Assembly (NCBI GenBank): GCA_024275415.1
Contig: JAJRZD010000082.1
Location: 1-32,000 of the forward strand
Direction: 5' to 3'
Source of the DNA: an archaeon
GTDB lineage: Archaea; Asgardarchaeota; Thorarchaeia; Thorarchaeales; Thorarchaeaceae
Length of the DNA stretch: 32,000 nt
A model generated the notes under the pieces. The model made no database searches. It was not told the origin of the DNA and worked only from the letters and a program-made list of their open reading frames with translations. The position numbers and the translations under genes were made by a program. This document shows, one piece after another, positions 1 through 7,457 of the stretch. Within the stretch, counting starts at the first letter, position 1. Each line of letters starts with the position of its first letter.

Positions 1-101
1 GGGTTTATATACTCACTACAGTACCGGGGGGTTGCGCACCACCTCCCCCAAAAAAAGGTTATATGCCCCCGTTCCTACCCTTTTCAGGGTTTTCCCGCAG
101 G
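1..101 (+). promoter_or_regulatory. CRISPR leader (probably partial) with BRE/TATA-like element
   Basis: Non-coding sequence directly upstream of the first perfect repeat. Contains AAAAAAGGTTATAT (51-64) about 40 bp before repeat 1. The degenerate repeat is at the opposite end of the array. Confidence 0.7.
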
Positions 102-1266
102 GTTTGAGTAGAACTAATGTTGTGTTGAAACTATCTTTCAATAAGATCCTTTGCACTACGAGCTTGATTGTTTGAGTAGAACTAATGTTGTGTTGAAACC
201 ATCCTCCAACCCAAGAGTGAGTTTATGATGGAGAGTTTGAGTAGAACTAATGTTGTGTTGAAACGAGGTATGTAAATTCAGTTTTTTCGTGGGGAAAACC
301 CCGTTTGAGTAGAACTAATGTTGTGTTGAAACCCAACATCCATTCCACAATCCGCTTGACCTCTACAGCGTTTGAGTAGAACTAATGTTGTGTTGAAACC
401 AGTAATACCCCAAGTTATATGATTCCATCCACTCCGTTTGAGTAGAACTAATGTTGTGTTGAAACTTGTTATGATACGTGGGAAAAATCCCCTTACTTTT
501 CGCGTTTGAGTAGAACTAATGTTGTGTTGAAACAATTCGTTTCTGGCATATACAGCGAGTGGGTCAACGGCGTTTGAGTAGAACTAATGTTGTGTTGAAA
601 CGCTTTCTCGATCATATCATCGAAAAACTCTATGGCCGTTTGAGTAGAACTAATGTTGTGTTGAAACTTGCTTCTCCTCCCAAACAAAACCGCCATACAC
701 ACCTGTTTGAGTAGAACTAATGTTGTGTTGAAACGGCTCTCATATTTCTTCATCAAATCGATGAAGACGGAGTTTGAGTAGAACTAATGTTGTGTTGAAA
801 CGCTGGCAACAAATATACCTGCGTGCCTGCGTGCCTGGTTTGAGTAGAACTAATGTTGTGTTGAAACCCCCTCGAATTGAGGGGCTATGTGGAATGGTGG
901 AGGGTTTGAGTAGAACTAATGTTGTGTTGAAACTAATTCATCATGAGAGAACTTATGGATCTCGGGATACGTTTGAGTAGAACTAATGTTGTGTTGAAAC
1001 TACCACTGGTGAATGAAATGAGTAACGCAATACCAAAAGTTTGAGTAGAACTAATGTTGTGTTGAAACCGGATACCTCGATGAGGCTTTCTCCATCCTCA
1101 TCGTTTGAGTAGAACTAATGTTGTGTTGAAACAAAACATTACCGAGTATTATCTGTGCTATGTTTTCTGGTTTGAGTAGAACTAATGTTGTGTTGAAACT
1201 CACGGGGTCGATCCTGACGACACGGCCCTCTATGCGGTTTGAGTAGAACTAATGTTGTGTTGGGGC
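102..1266 (+). CRISPR. CRISPR array, 18 repeats / 17 spacers (34-38 bp), 30-bp repeat GTTTGAGTAGAACTAATGTTGTGTTGAAAC
   Basis: Repeats start at 102, 170, 235, 303, 370, 436, 504, 572, 638, 705, 772, 838, 904, 971, 1039, 1103, 1170 and 1237. The first 17 are identical; the last ends TGGGGC instead of TGAAAC. The 3' TTGAAAC end is typical of class 1 (type I/III) repeats in transcribed orientation. Confidence 0.98.
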
Positions 1267-1552
1267 AAATAGTAGTTATATCTCGAGGACAATAGCACGA
1301 GTTTGAGAAGGATGACTGATTGGTGCGAGGGTATGCTTGGAAAGCCCACTAGGGAGATGCTATTGGTTGGGGGTCTGGGGGAACATAAACGAGTCTAAAG
1401 GGGGTGATAGATAAGAGGACACGGTGGCGAGTCGGGGAACGGAAAGGGGAGCTGGTAGCTCGACATGAGCACACGGGCTGGGAATGGGTTCTGGGTTGGC
1501 GAAAGGTTATTTGCCCTCCCACCGATATTTGAACGAGGGATGTACCAGCAAA

Positions 1553-2068
1553 ATGAATGAAGCATCTTCAGAAATGACTTCGGGAAGTCGGATCCTATCT
1601 AGCCTGTTAGGTGGTATCAATCTCATTGTTCTAGTCCCTATGGGTTATGAGACACAGGCTCATGGCGTAGGTTTCTGGGAGTTTCTTTTCGTCCTGATTG
1701 GTGTGTATTATGCATATACAGGTGTCAGGCATATAATCAGCGCCCACGACCGATTGGCGTGGTTCGATCCATCACAAGGAAGAGTGCAGTTTCCGCAAAA
1801 GGGGATTTTTGCATCGATCAGGTACCCGGTCGGTGCGGGATTCATGAGGATTAACATAGCTACAGTCTTACTCTTTCGCTCATTTGCGGTTATTCCTGTA
1901 GCACTGGTGTTTGGAGCGTTATGGTTCATGCTAGCCAAGATCCAAGACGATTCACGCATCGAGAGGTACGGTACCGACTATGTGGAGTACATGAGGCGAA
2001 CAGGGATGTTTCGTGGGAAAGGCGAGCAGGGGTTACGACTACAGGACTCGGGCTATGGGATGTACTAG
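1553..2068 (+). CDS. Isoprenylcysteine carboxyl methyltransferase (ICMT/PEMT) family membrane protein
   Basis: Hydrophobic helices plus KGIFASIRYPVGAG (cf. GxYxxxRHPxYxG) and ERYGTDYVEYMRRTGMF (cf. yGxxYxeYxxxTxxF). Start placed at ATG 1553, downstream of the TATA-like AAAGGTTATTT at 1502-1512; the ORF track starts at 1484. Confidence 0.7.
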   Translation: MNEASSEMTSGSRILSSLLGGINLIVLVPMGYETQAHGVGFWEFLFVLIGVYYAYTGVRHIISAHDRLAWFDPSQGRVQFPQKGIFASIRYPVGAGFMRINIATVLLFRSFAVIPVALVFGALWFMLAKIQDDSRIERYGTDYVEYMRRTGMFRGKGEQGLRLQDSGYGMY

Positions 2069-2185
2069 GGCTGCATTCAGTAAGATGCAGACATGATTCG
2101 AGACCACACCTTCACATCCTATTTTGACTGATTGGAACATACAGCTTGGTTTTGTCCTCTTTGAAGGTGCTTCTGACTGGGTGGT

Positions 2186-2848
2186 TCATTCTATCTCTGG
2201 GGGTGGGATGTCCACCTTGGTGATCTCGTATGAGGAACTCATGAACTCGACATAGCCCGTAATATCGGACACTAAGCCGCGATGGTGTGTCAGGCGAAAC
2301 ACTGCGGACCGGGATGTTCCAGGCTGAATGGTCCCAATCCGTTGCATCCTGAAGCTCCCGGTCTTGAACTCTATGCCCTCTGGAGGGTGTAGGTCTACCA
2401 CTACCATCTCGATCTGATGGTCGGACTGGTTGGTCACTTCAACATCAAGGACGAGCGATTCTCGTTTCTTTGTCAACTTGGAGCCGACATGAACATCACC
2501 GACCTGCTCAGCGTGCGATTGTCTGGGCGCACTGGCACGTCTGGTAGGGGCCGTCGTGCGGGTCCGTGATGTGGTAGGAGTCTGTGTGGAGGGTGCTTTG
2601 CTCTTCTGTGATTCTGCTGTCGATATAATCCACTTGTAGATGGCTGGTAGCTCGTATGCGACATAGGTCAAGACGATGAGAAAGACACACACAGTGATCA
2701 GGGTATCTAAGATGAAGGCCCGGTTTGCATCGATTTGGAGATAATCGATAGCTGGGTTCACGATGGGAGCAAGAAAAGGGCCAAGAAGATCCCTCAGTTC
2801 CTCCCAGAAGAGGGGTCTGAATGCGCTCTGGTCAGCAGACAGGTTCAT
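2186..2848 (-). CDS. Single-pass membrane protein with Ser/Thr/Pro/Arg-rich linker and C-terminal Ig-like beta-sandwich domain
   Basis: 220-aa ORF with one clear TM (ILDTLITVCVFLIVLTYVAY), a low-complexity linker (APSTQTPTTSRTRTTAPTRR) and a beta-rich end, VEVTNQS...HPPEG...IGTIQPGTSRSAVFRL. Confidence 0.7.
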   Translation of the reverse strand: MNLSADQSAFRPLFWEELRDLLGPFLAPIVNPAIDYLQIDANRAFILDTLITVCVFLIVLTYVAYELPAIYKWIISTAESQKSKAPSTQTPTTSRTRTTAPTRRASAPRQSHAEQVGDVHVGSKLTKKRESLVLDVEVTNQSDHQIEMVVVDLHPPEGIEFKTGSFRMQRIGTIQPGTSRSAVFRLTHHRGLVSDITGYVEFMSSSYEITKVDIPPPEIE

Positions 2849-2971
2849 TTTATTGCCTCAAATCTTCTACCATGTTCTAAGTGACTTGAAGGGTTATTAA
2901 CTTTCATCAGGTTCGCCAAGCCAGCAAGTTTATTATTGTTAACCCCCATAGGAAAGGTAAGGCGTCTTTCA

Positions 2972-3199
2972 ATGCTGGTGCTCTACATCCTTGGAACAGG
3001 ATTGGCAATGGCCATCGCGTTTTTCTTTTACAGCGAGGCAATTGATAGACATGGGAGTGGAAGGACGAAGAGCAGGAAAGGAGAGCTTGCAGGTAACATG
3101 TGGAGAGCCCCACATCTGGATTGCGATTTCGAGCCTACAAAGAACGCCTTTGGGCCGGGACGGAGCGTCCAGCTCAGGCTGCACGAAAGACAGTCCTGA
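2972..3199 (+). CDS. Hypothetical small membrane protein
   Basis: ORF fills the gap between two minus-strand genes. N-terminal TM-like segment MLVLYILGTGLAMAIAFFFY; TATA-like TTTATTATT near 2930. No family recognised. Confidence 0.45.
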   Translation: MLVLYILGTGLAMAIAFFFYSEAIDRHGSGRTKSRKGELAGNMWRAPHLDCDFEPTKNAFGPGRSVQLRLHERQS

Positions 3200-3214
3200 C
3201 AGCACAGCCCGGTT

Positions 3215-3766
3215 CTAACGTTTAGTTCGAGGCGGAAACATGGAATAGAGTTTCTTGCTGATATAGTCGAAGATGTCCTTGACATTCTCACCCGTTTTTG
3301 CACTCGACTCGTAGAAGTCCCACCCGATCAGGTCAGCGTAAAGACGGCCTTCCTTCGTAGAAACCTCACGAGTGGCATCAAGGTCGATCTTGTTGCCAAC
3401 AAGCACACCAGGGAGGGAATCCTTGGATGAACCCTTCACGCCAATATTCTCGATGATCCCAGCATACCACGATGGCAGACACTCGAATGTTCGACGCCTG
3501 GTGATATCATACACCAGCACACTGTAATGAGCTCCTTTGTAGTATTGGGTACGGAGCTGACTGAAATCTTCCTGTCCCCCAAGGTCAATCACGGTCAGGA
3601 TAACGGGTGTGAAAGCATCGATGTTCATCGCCACAGCACTCAGGTCCACCCCTGCTGTGGCCCGATAACTCTCGTCGAAATCTCCGAGTACCAAGTGTCG
3701 GATAATAGAGCTCTTGCCCACACCAGGTTCGCCAACCAGTAGGACTTTGTATACAGGAACGCTCAG
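3215..3766 (-). CDS. Rab-like small GTPase (Ras superfamily), probable CTG start
   Basis: G1 GEPGVGKS, G2 YRATAG, G3 DLGGQ, G4 NKID, G5 SSAK. The ORF-track start (GTG 3721) lies inside the P-loop. The frame stays open upstream to a TGA at 3797-3799 with no ATG/GTG/TTG. CTG at 3766 sits 7 nt after GGAGG. Confidence 0.92.
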   Translation of the reverse strand: MSVPVYKVLLVGEPGVGKSSIIRHLVLGDFDESYRATAGVDLSAVAMNIDAFTPVILTVIDLGGQEDFSQLRTQYYKGAHYSVLVYDITRRRTFECLPSWYAGIIENIGVKGSSKDSLPGVLVGNKIDLDATREVSTKEGRLYADLIGWDFYESSAKTGENVKDIFDYISKKLYSMFPPRTKR

Positions 3767-3930
3767 TGATAGTCCTCCGTCAGGAGATAGTATCAGTCAT
3801 GTGCTGTTATATACTATTAATGCATGTAATATAAATGGGAACAGGATAGATTGCCTACCAACAACAGCACTTCCGCAAAGTTATAAGAACATGATAGAGG
3901 GGATGTTTGTAGACTATTGGTGATAAGTCC

Positions 3931-4812
3931 ATGCTACGGTATGAAGGCTCTATCTGGCGACCACCAAGCGAAGCACGAAGTCTGATCCTACAGGCGACGG
4001 TAGGCTGTTCACACAACGCTTGCACCTTCTGTGTTTCCTACAAGCAGAAGAGATACCGTGTCCGCGGGGAGAGCGGCATCAGGGAGGATCTCCTGAATAT
4101 TCCAGGTCATATCAAGGAGAGAGTGACAAGGGTCTTCCTCGCCGATGGCAATGCACTAGCGATGACAACAGACGAGATGCTTGCTGTCCTCAATGTCCTT
4201 CACGAGGACTTGCCCAGCCTCCAAAGAGTGAGTACATATGGCTATGCGAAGGATGTCCGCGACAAGTCAGTGGAGGACTTGGGTGCACTCCATGATGCAG
4301 GACTTGGACTCGTTTACTTAGGTCTCGAAACGGGTGATGACGAGCTCCTTCGGTGGTGCAGGAAGGGAGTCACGACCAAAGAGAACATCCACGCATGTGG
4401 GAAGATCCGCGAAGGTGGAATTTCCCTCTCACTCACTATCATATTGGGACTTGGCGGAGAGGTCGGGTCTGAAAGACATGCAAAGCTCACAGCGAAAGCA
4501 CTCAACCAGATCGACCCAGAGTACGTAGGAGCGCTCACTCTGATGATTCCCGAAGGGACTCCTCTCCACGAGTTGCATCAGAGAGGCGAATATGTGCCCA
4601 TGACACCGATGAGTGTGTTGAACGAGCTGAAGGTGCTAATTGAGAGTCTTACCTTGACGAATTGTATCTTCAGAACGAACCATGCTTCAAACTATCTGCC
4701 AATCGGCGGCACACTTCCAGATGATAAGGATAGGATGTTAACCCTTCTAACCGATACGCTTGAGAGGGCTGATGAGAGCAGGCTTCGGCCTGGCTATCTG
4801 AGGGGGTTGTAG
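3931..4812 (+). CDS. Radical SAM protein
   Basis: CSHNACTFC (CxxxCxxC) motif near the N-terminus; FLADGNAL, YLGLETG and FRTNHASNY motifs typical of a widespread uncharacterised radical SAM subgroup. Confidence 0.92.
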   Translation: MLRYEGSIWRPPSEARSLILQATVGCSHNACTFCVSYKQKRYRVRGESGIREDLLNIPGHIKERVTRVFLADGNALAMTTDEMLAVLNVLHEDLPSLQRVSTYGYAKDVRDKSVEDLGALHDAGLGLVYLGLETGDDELLRWCRKGVTTKENIHACGKIREGGISLSLTIILGLGGEVGSERHAKLTAKALNQIDPEYVGALTLMIPEGTPLHELHQRGEYVPMTPMSVLNELKVLIESLTLTNCIFRTNHASNYLPIGGTLPDDKDRMLTLLTDTLERADESRLRPGYLRGL

Positions 4813-4881
4813 CATCACCAAGGGACATGTATTCCCTACGGGTAACTACGAACAATGCAGGGAATCTCACGAATGGCTAAC

Positions 4882-4920
4882 CTTTTCAGATGAAAAGCAA
4901 ATAAAAAAGAATGAAAGAGT
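4882..4920. terminator. Probable bidirectional terminator between convergent genes
   Basis: Hairpin CTTTTCA-GA-TGAAAAG (4882-4897), and a long T-rich tract on the minus strand (TCATTCTTTTTTATTTGCTTTTC) downstream of the PadR operon. Confidence 0.5.
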
Positions 4921-4975
4921 GAGCGATTGCGCGGGAACGCAGTCTGTGGGCCCACAGTGGTCGAGCAGACCTTTA

Positions 4976-5170
4976 TCACTCACTCTTTCCCTCGAGTTCC
5001 TTGATGGTTTCCTCGATATGTTTGATATGATCCTCTAGCCTAGACTTTGCAGCCTCAAGCTGTTTGACCCGAGTTTCCTTGCTGGGTTCTGGGACACAGC
5101 CGCACATGTCCTGCATCATGCCATGTCCGAGAACGAAACCAAATCCATGTCTACGATGTCCTTCACACAC
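4976..5170 (-). CDS. Small His/Cys-rich protein with C-terminal coiled coil
   Basis: 64 aa, GTG start after AGGAGGTG, 9 bp downstream of padR. N-terminus MCEGHRRHG...HG...MCGC; heptad-like C-terminus RVKQLEAAKSRLEDHIKHIEETIKELE. Confidence 0.65.
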   Translation of the reverse strand: MCEGHRRHGFGFVLGHGMMQDMCGCVPEPSKETRVKQLEAAKSRLEDHIKHIEETIKELEGKSE

Positions 5171-5179
5171 GTTCTTCTT

Positions 5180-5746
5180 TCACCTCCTGTTTTTTGATTT
5201 CTTGAGCTCCATCAGCTGCTCATTCACCCAATCCAATTCCTTTTGCAGGTATTCCTTGTAGTGCTTCAGGAAATCCAGTTGGGGTCTTTGCCTACAATAG
5301 GAGTCACAATGGCGACGCATAACAACGAAGCCCATGGGACTTCGTGCCTTCATCGCCCACCGTCCGATGCGTTCAATCGAATCTGGTGTTATTGCATCCG
5401 AAAGGAACTGCCAGAGGTCGTCTTGGATCTTGAGTTCTGCATCAAGATGATGAAGAGCTTCATGGAGGGTTTCTTTTCCCTTCTGTGTGAGGTTGTATCT
5501 GATCGCATCTGGCGAGCTTTCTTGTGGGACATGGGTAGCATCTATCAGTCCGCGTTCGAGAAGCCGATGCAAGACTGGATACACTGTTCCGCTCTTGAGT
5601 CGCCACGCACACAGTCGCTCGTTCAGCTTCTGTAGGATCTCGTATCCATGTGCTGGGCTCTCGTTGAGGAGAATAAGAACCAAGAGCTGGACAATGCTCA
5701 GCTTCCCGATGCGAGTCTTGACACCACCTCTTCCCATGAAAGCCAT
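5180..5746 (-). CDS. PadR-family transcriptional regulator
   Basis: LLVLILLNESPAHGYEI...GTVYPVLHRLLERGLI...YNLTQKGKETL is the PadR winged-HTH signature; C-terminal helical dimerisation region. Confidence 0.92.
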   Translation of the reverse strand: MAFMGRGGVKTRIGKLSIVQLLVLILLNESPAHGYEILQKLNERLCAWRLKSGTVYPVLHRLLERGLIDATHVPQESSPDAIRYNLTQKGKETLHEALHHLDAELKIQDDLWQFLSDAITPDSIERIGRWAMKARSPMGFVVMRRHCDSYCRQRPQLDFLKHYKEYLQKELDWVNEQLMELKKSKNRR

Positions 5747-5802
5747 ATGTTGACACCTACCTATATAGAGCTCTACATATTAGTAGGTAGACATCTACAT
5801 AT
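5747..5802. promoter_or_regulatory. Three PadR-box-like operators upstream of padR
   Basis: ATGT-TGACACCT-ACCT (5747-5762), ATAT-AGAGCTCT-ACAT (5763-5778) and AGGT-AGACATCT-ACAT (5785-5800). Each is one mismatch from ATGT-N8-ACAT. Confidence 0.65.
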
Positions 5803-5920
5803 AAGTCATTCCTTGCATGTAACAGGCGATGGGCACTTCCAAAGCAAACGTATTAATGCGGGATTGCAGTACATTTACGATTGAATCAACAGATTCACAA
5901 GTACGGAGGTTTCGAAAGGA

Positions 5921-6751
5921 ATGGACGGCAAAGGAATGACAACATTGTTCCTCGTCGTTGGATTGGTCATCGGACTTGGGATAGGCTATTCAATCCCGGT
6001 ATTCTTCTTGGGTCAACCGGAGCCACAGGCGTCGGTCGACCTCTTGGATACGATCATTGAAGAAGGAGTGATTGTTGTAGGGACGAGTTCGGGATGGCCA
6101 CCATTTGAGATGGTCAACGATACGACGAATGAACTGTATGGGTTCGATATAGAACTTGTTGAATTGATAGTCGATGCAATAAATAAGAAGTACAACGCAT
6201 CCATTGAGGTACAGTGGAGCGACCTTGCATTTGATTCATTGATCGGGGCATGCCAACAGGGAACAGTAGACTTGCTTGCGGCAGCGCTATTTATCACACC
6301 TGAGAGGACTGCGGTTCTCGCTCCCTCGACGTGGTACATCAGAACAAACGAGGTAGTTGTGGTAAAAGCTGATTCGGCTCTCACTGTGAGTTCGCTTGAC
6401 GACTTGAATGGACTGGATGTAGGTGTCCAAACTGGCACAGCAGAAGACTATGAACTAGAAGACCATAACACCGCAGGGGGGTCAGTAACAATCCATAGAT
6501 ACACTCGACCCGACACACTGTTCGCTGACCTTGAAGCTGGTACTTTAGATGCAGTGTATGTAGACGAGCCGGTCTTGAGCTTGTTCTCTGAACTCTACGA
6601 CCTTAAAGTAGTATACGAGGTCACAGCACCACCGACGGCACTATTCATGCGATATGGAGACCCCAAGTTCTTGAAGGAAGTCAACGATGCAATCGCAAAC
6701 TTCTTCGCTGATGGAACCATGGATGCCCTCATCGCAAAATGGTTCGGGTGA
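5921..6751 (+). CDS. Polar amino-acid ABC transporter substrate-binding protein (SBP family 3), N-terminally membrane anchored
   Basis: N-terminal TM, then VVGTSSGWPPFE, GFDIEL, FDSLIGA, VGVQTGT motifs. Confidence 0.93.
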   Translation: MDGKGMTTLFLVVGLVIGLGIGYSIPVFFLGQPEPQASVDLLDTIIEEGVIVVGTSSGWPPFEMVNDTTNELYGFDIELVELIVDAINKKYNASIEVQWSDLAFDSLIGACQQGTVDLLAAALFITPERTAVLAPSTWYIRTNEVVVVKADSALTVSSLDDLNGLDVGVQTGTAEDYELEDHNTAGGSVTIHRYTRPDTLFADLEAGTLDAVYVDEPVLSLFSELYDLKVVYEVTAPPTALFMRYGDPKFLKEVNDAIANFFADGTMDALIAKWFG

Positions 6752-6758
6752 TTAGTAC

Positions 6759-7457
6759 ATGCTACAAGCGTCGCCGGATTTCCTGAGAATTCTCGAGTTT
6801 GTCTTGGTCTTTGGACTTCCAGCGACGCTTTTCCTTACTTTTTCGGGACTTGTCATCGGGTTCTTCTTAGGTGTGCTGCTGGCACTCGCTAGGGTGTATG
6901 GGAACAAACCACTGCAGGTGATTGCAGAGGGGTATGAGAAGGTTCTCAGAGGGATCCCATTGCTCGTGTTGATGGTTCTTTTTGGGATTGGCCTGGCATT
7001 CCTTTTTACGTGGGTAGGAAGAGGATTACCAGCTGCATTTGCAGCAGCAATCTTTGCTTTGGGAATTAGGAGTGCAGCATATCAGTCGCAGATATTCAGA
7101 GGTGCAATCTTATCGGTTAGTGAAGGCCAGTTGCTTGCTGCTCGTTCAATTGGAATGTCCCAGCTGCAGGCAACACGACACATTGTTCTACCTCAAGCCT
7201 TCCGCCTTTCGCTCCCAAGTTGGGCAAATGAATATGCGGTGGTGATAAAAGACTCCTCACTCGCGCTAGTCTTAGGAATTCCTGAACTGGTAAAAGTAGC
7301 CTTCGATTTCACTTCACCGAATCCAGCCCTTTTCTTTCTGACCATGATAGTCCTAACTCTGATATACTTCTGCTTCACCTATCCGGTCACTCGTTTTTTG
7401 GGCGAGTTCATGTCAAAACGGTTGAAAAACCTAGGTCTTGGAGGAGGTCAGTTTTGA
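6759..7457 (+). CDS. Polar amino-acid ABC transporter permease
   Basis: LRGIPLLV, AAYQSQIFRGAI, EAA-like GQLLAARSIGMS, IVLPQA, IKDSSLA. Confidence 0.93.
   Translation: MLQASPDFLRILEFVLVFGLPATLFLTFSGLVIGFFLGVLLALARVYGNKPLQVIAEGYEKVLRGIPLLVLMVLFGIGLAFLFTWVGRGLPAAFAAAIFALGIRSAAYQSQIFRGAILSVSEGQLLAARSIGMSQLQATRHIVLPQAFRLSLPSWANEYAVVIKDSSLALVLGIPELVKVAFDFTSPNPALFFLTMIVLTLIYFCFTYPVTRFLGEFMSKRLKNLGLGGGQF

Noticed and set aside
818-837. 8-bp tandem repeat (CCTGCGTG)x2.5 inside spacer 11
   Set aside because: A single short microsatellite-like feature; it may reflect the target or slippage, and has no support as a separate element.
278-980. ORFs 278-535, 493-756 and 774-980 inside the CRISPR array
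   Set aside because: They are translations of repeats and spacers (recurring FQHNISSTQ / SRTNVVLK), not genes.
2009-2020. TTTCGTGGGAAA resembling spacers 3 and 6 (possible self-targeting)
   Set aside because: Only about 9 nt of contiguous identity to either spacer, as expected by chance. An exhaustive self-match search could not be run by eye.
1553-3766. Idea that the ICMT-like enzyme methylates prenylated GTPases, as in eukaryotes
   Set aside because: None of the three GTPases ends in CAAX/CC/CXC, no prenyltransferase is in the window, and ICMT-family genes are widespread in prokaryotes.
3815-3831. TATTA-N7-TAATA inverted repeat in the GTPase/radical SAM divergent promoter
   Set aside because: AT-rich promoter context makes such short symmetry likely by chance; no second copy was noticed.
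4944-4957. Perfect 14-bp palindrome CTGTGGGCCCACAG
   Set aside because: Isolated, in the 3' region of convergent genes, with no second copy or target-site duplication seen. Not evidence for a MITE.
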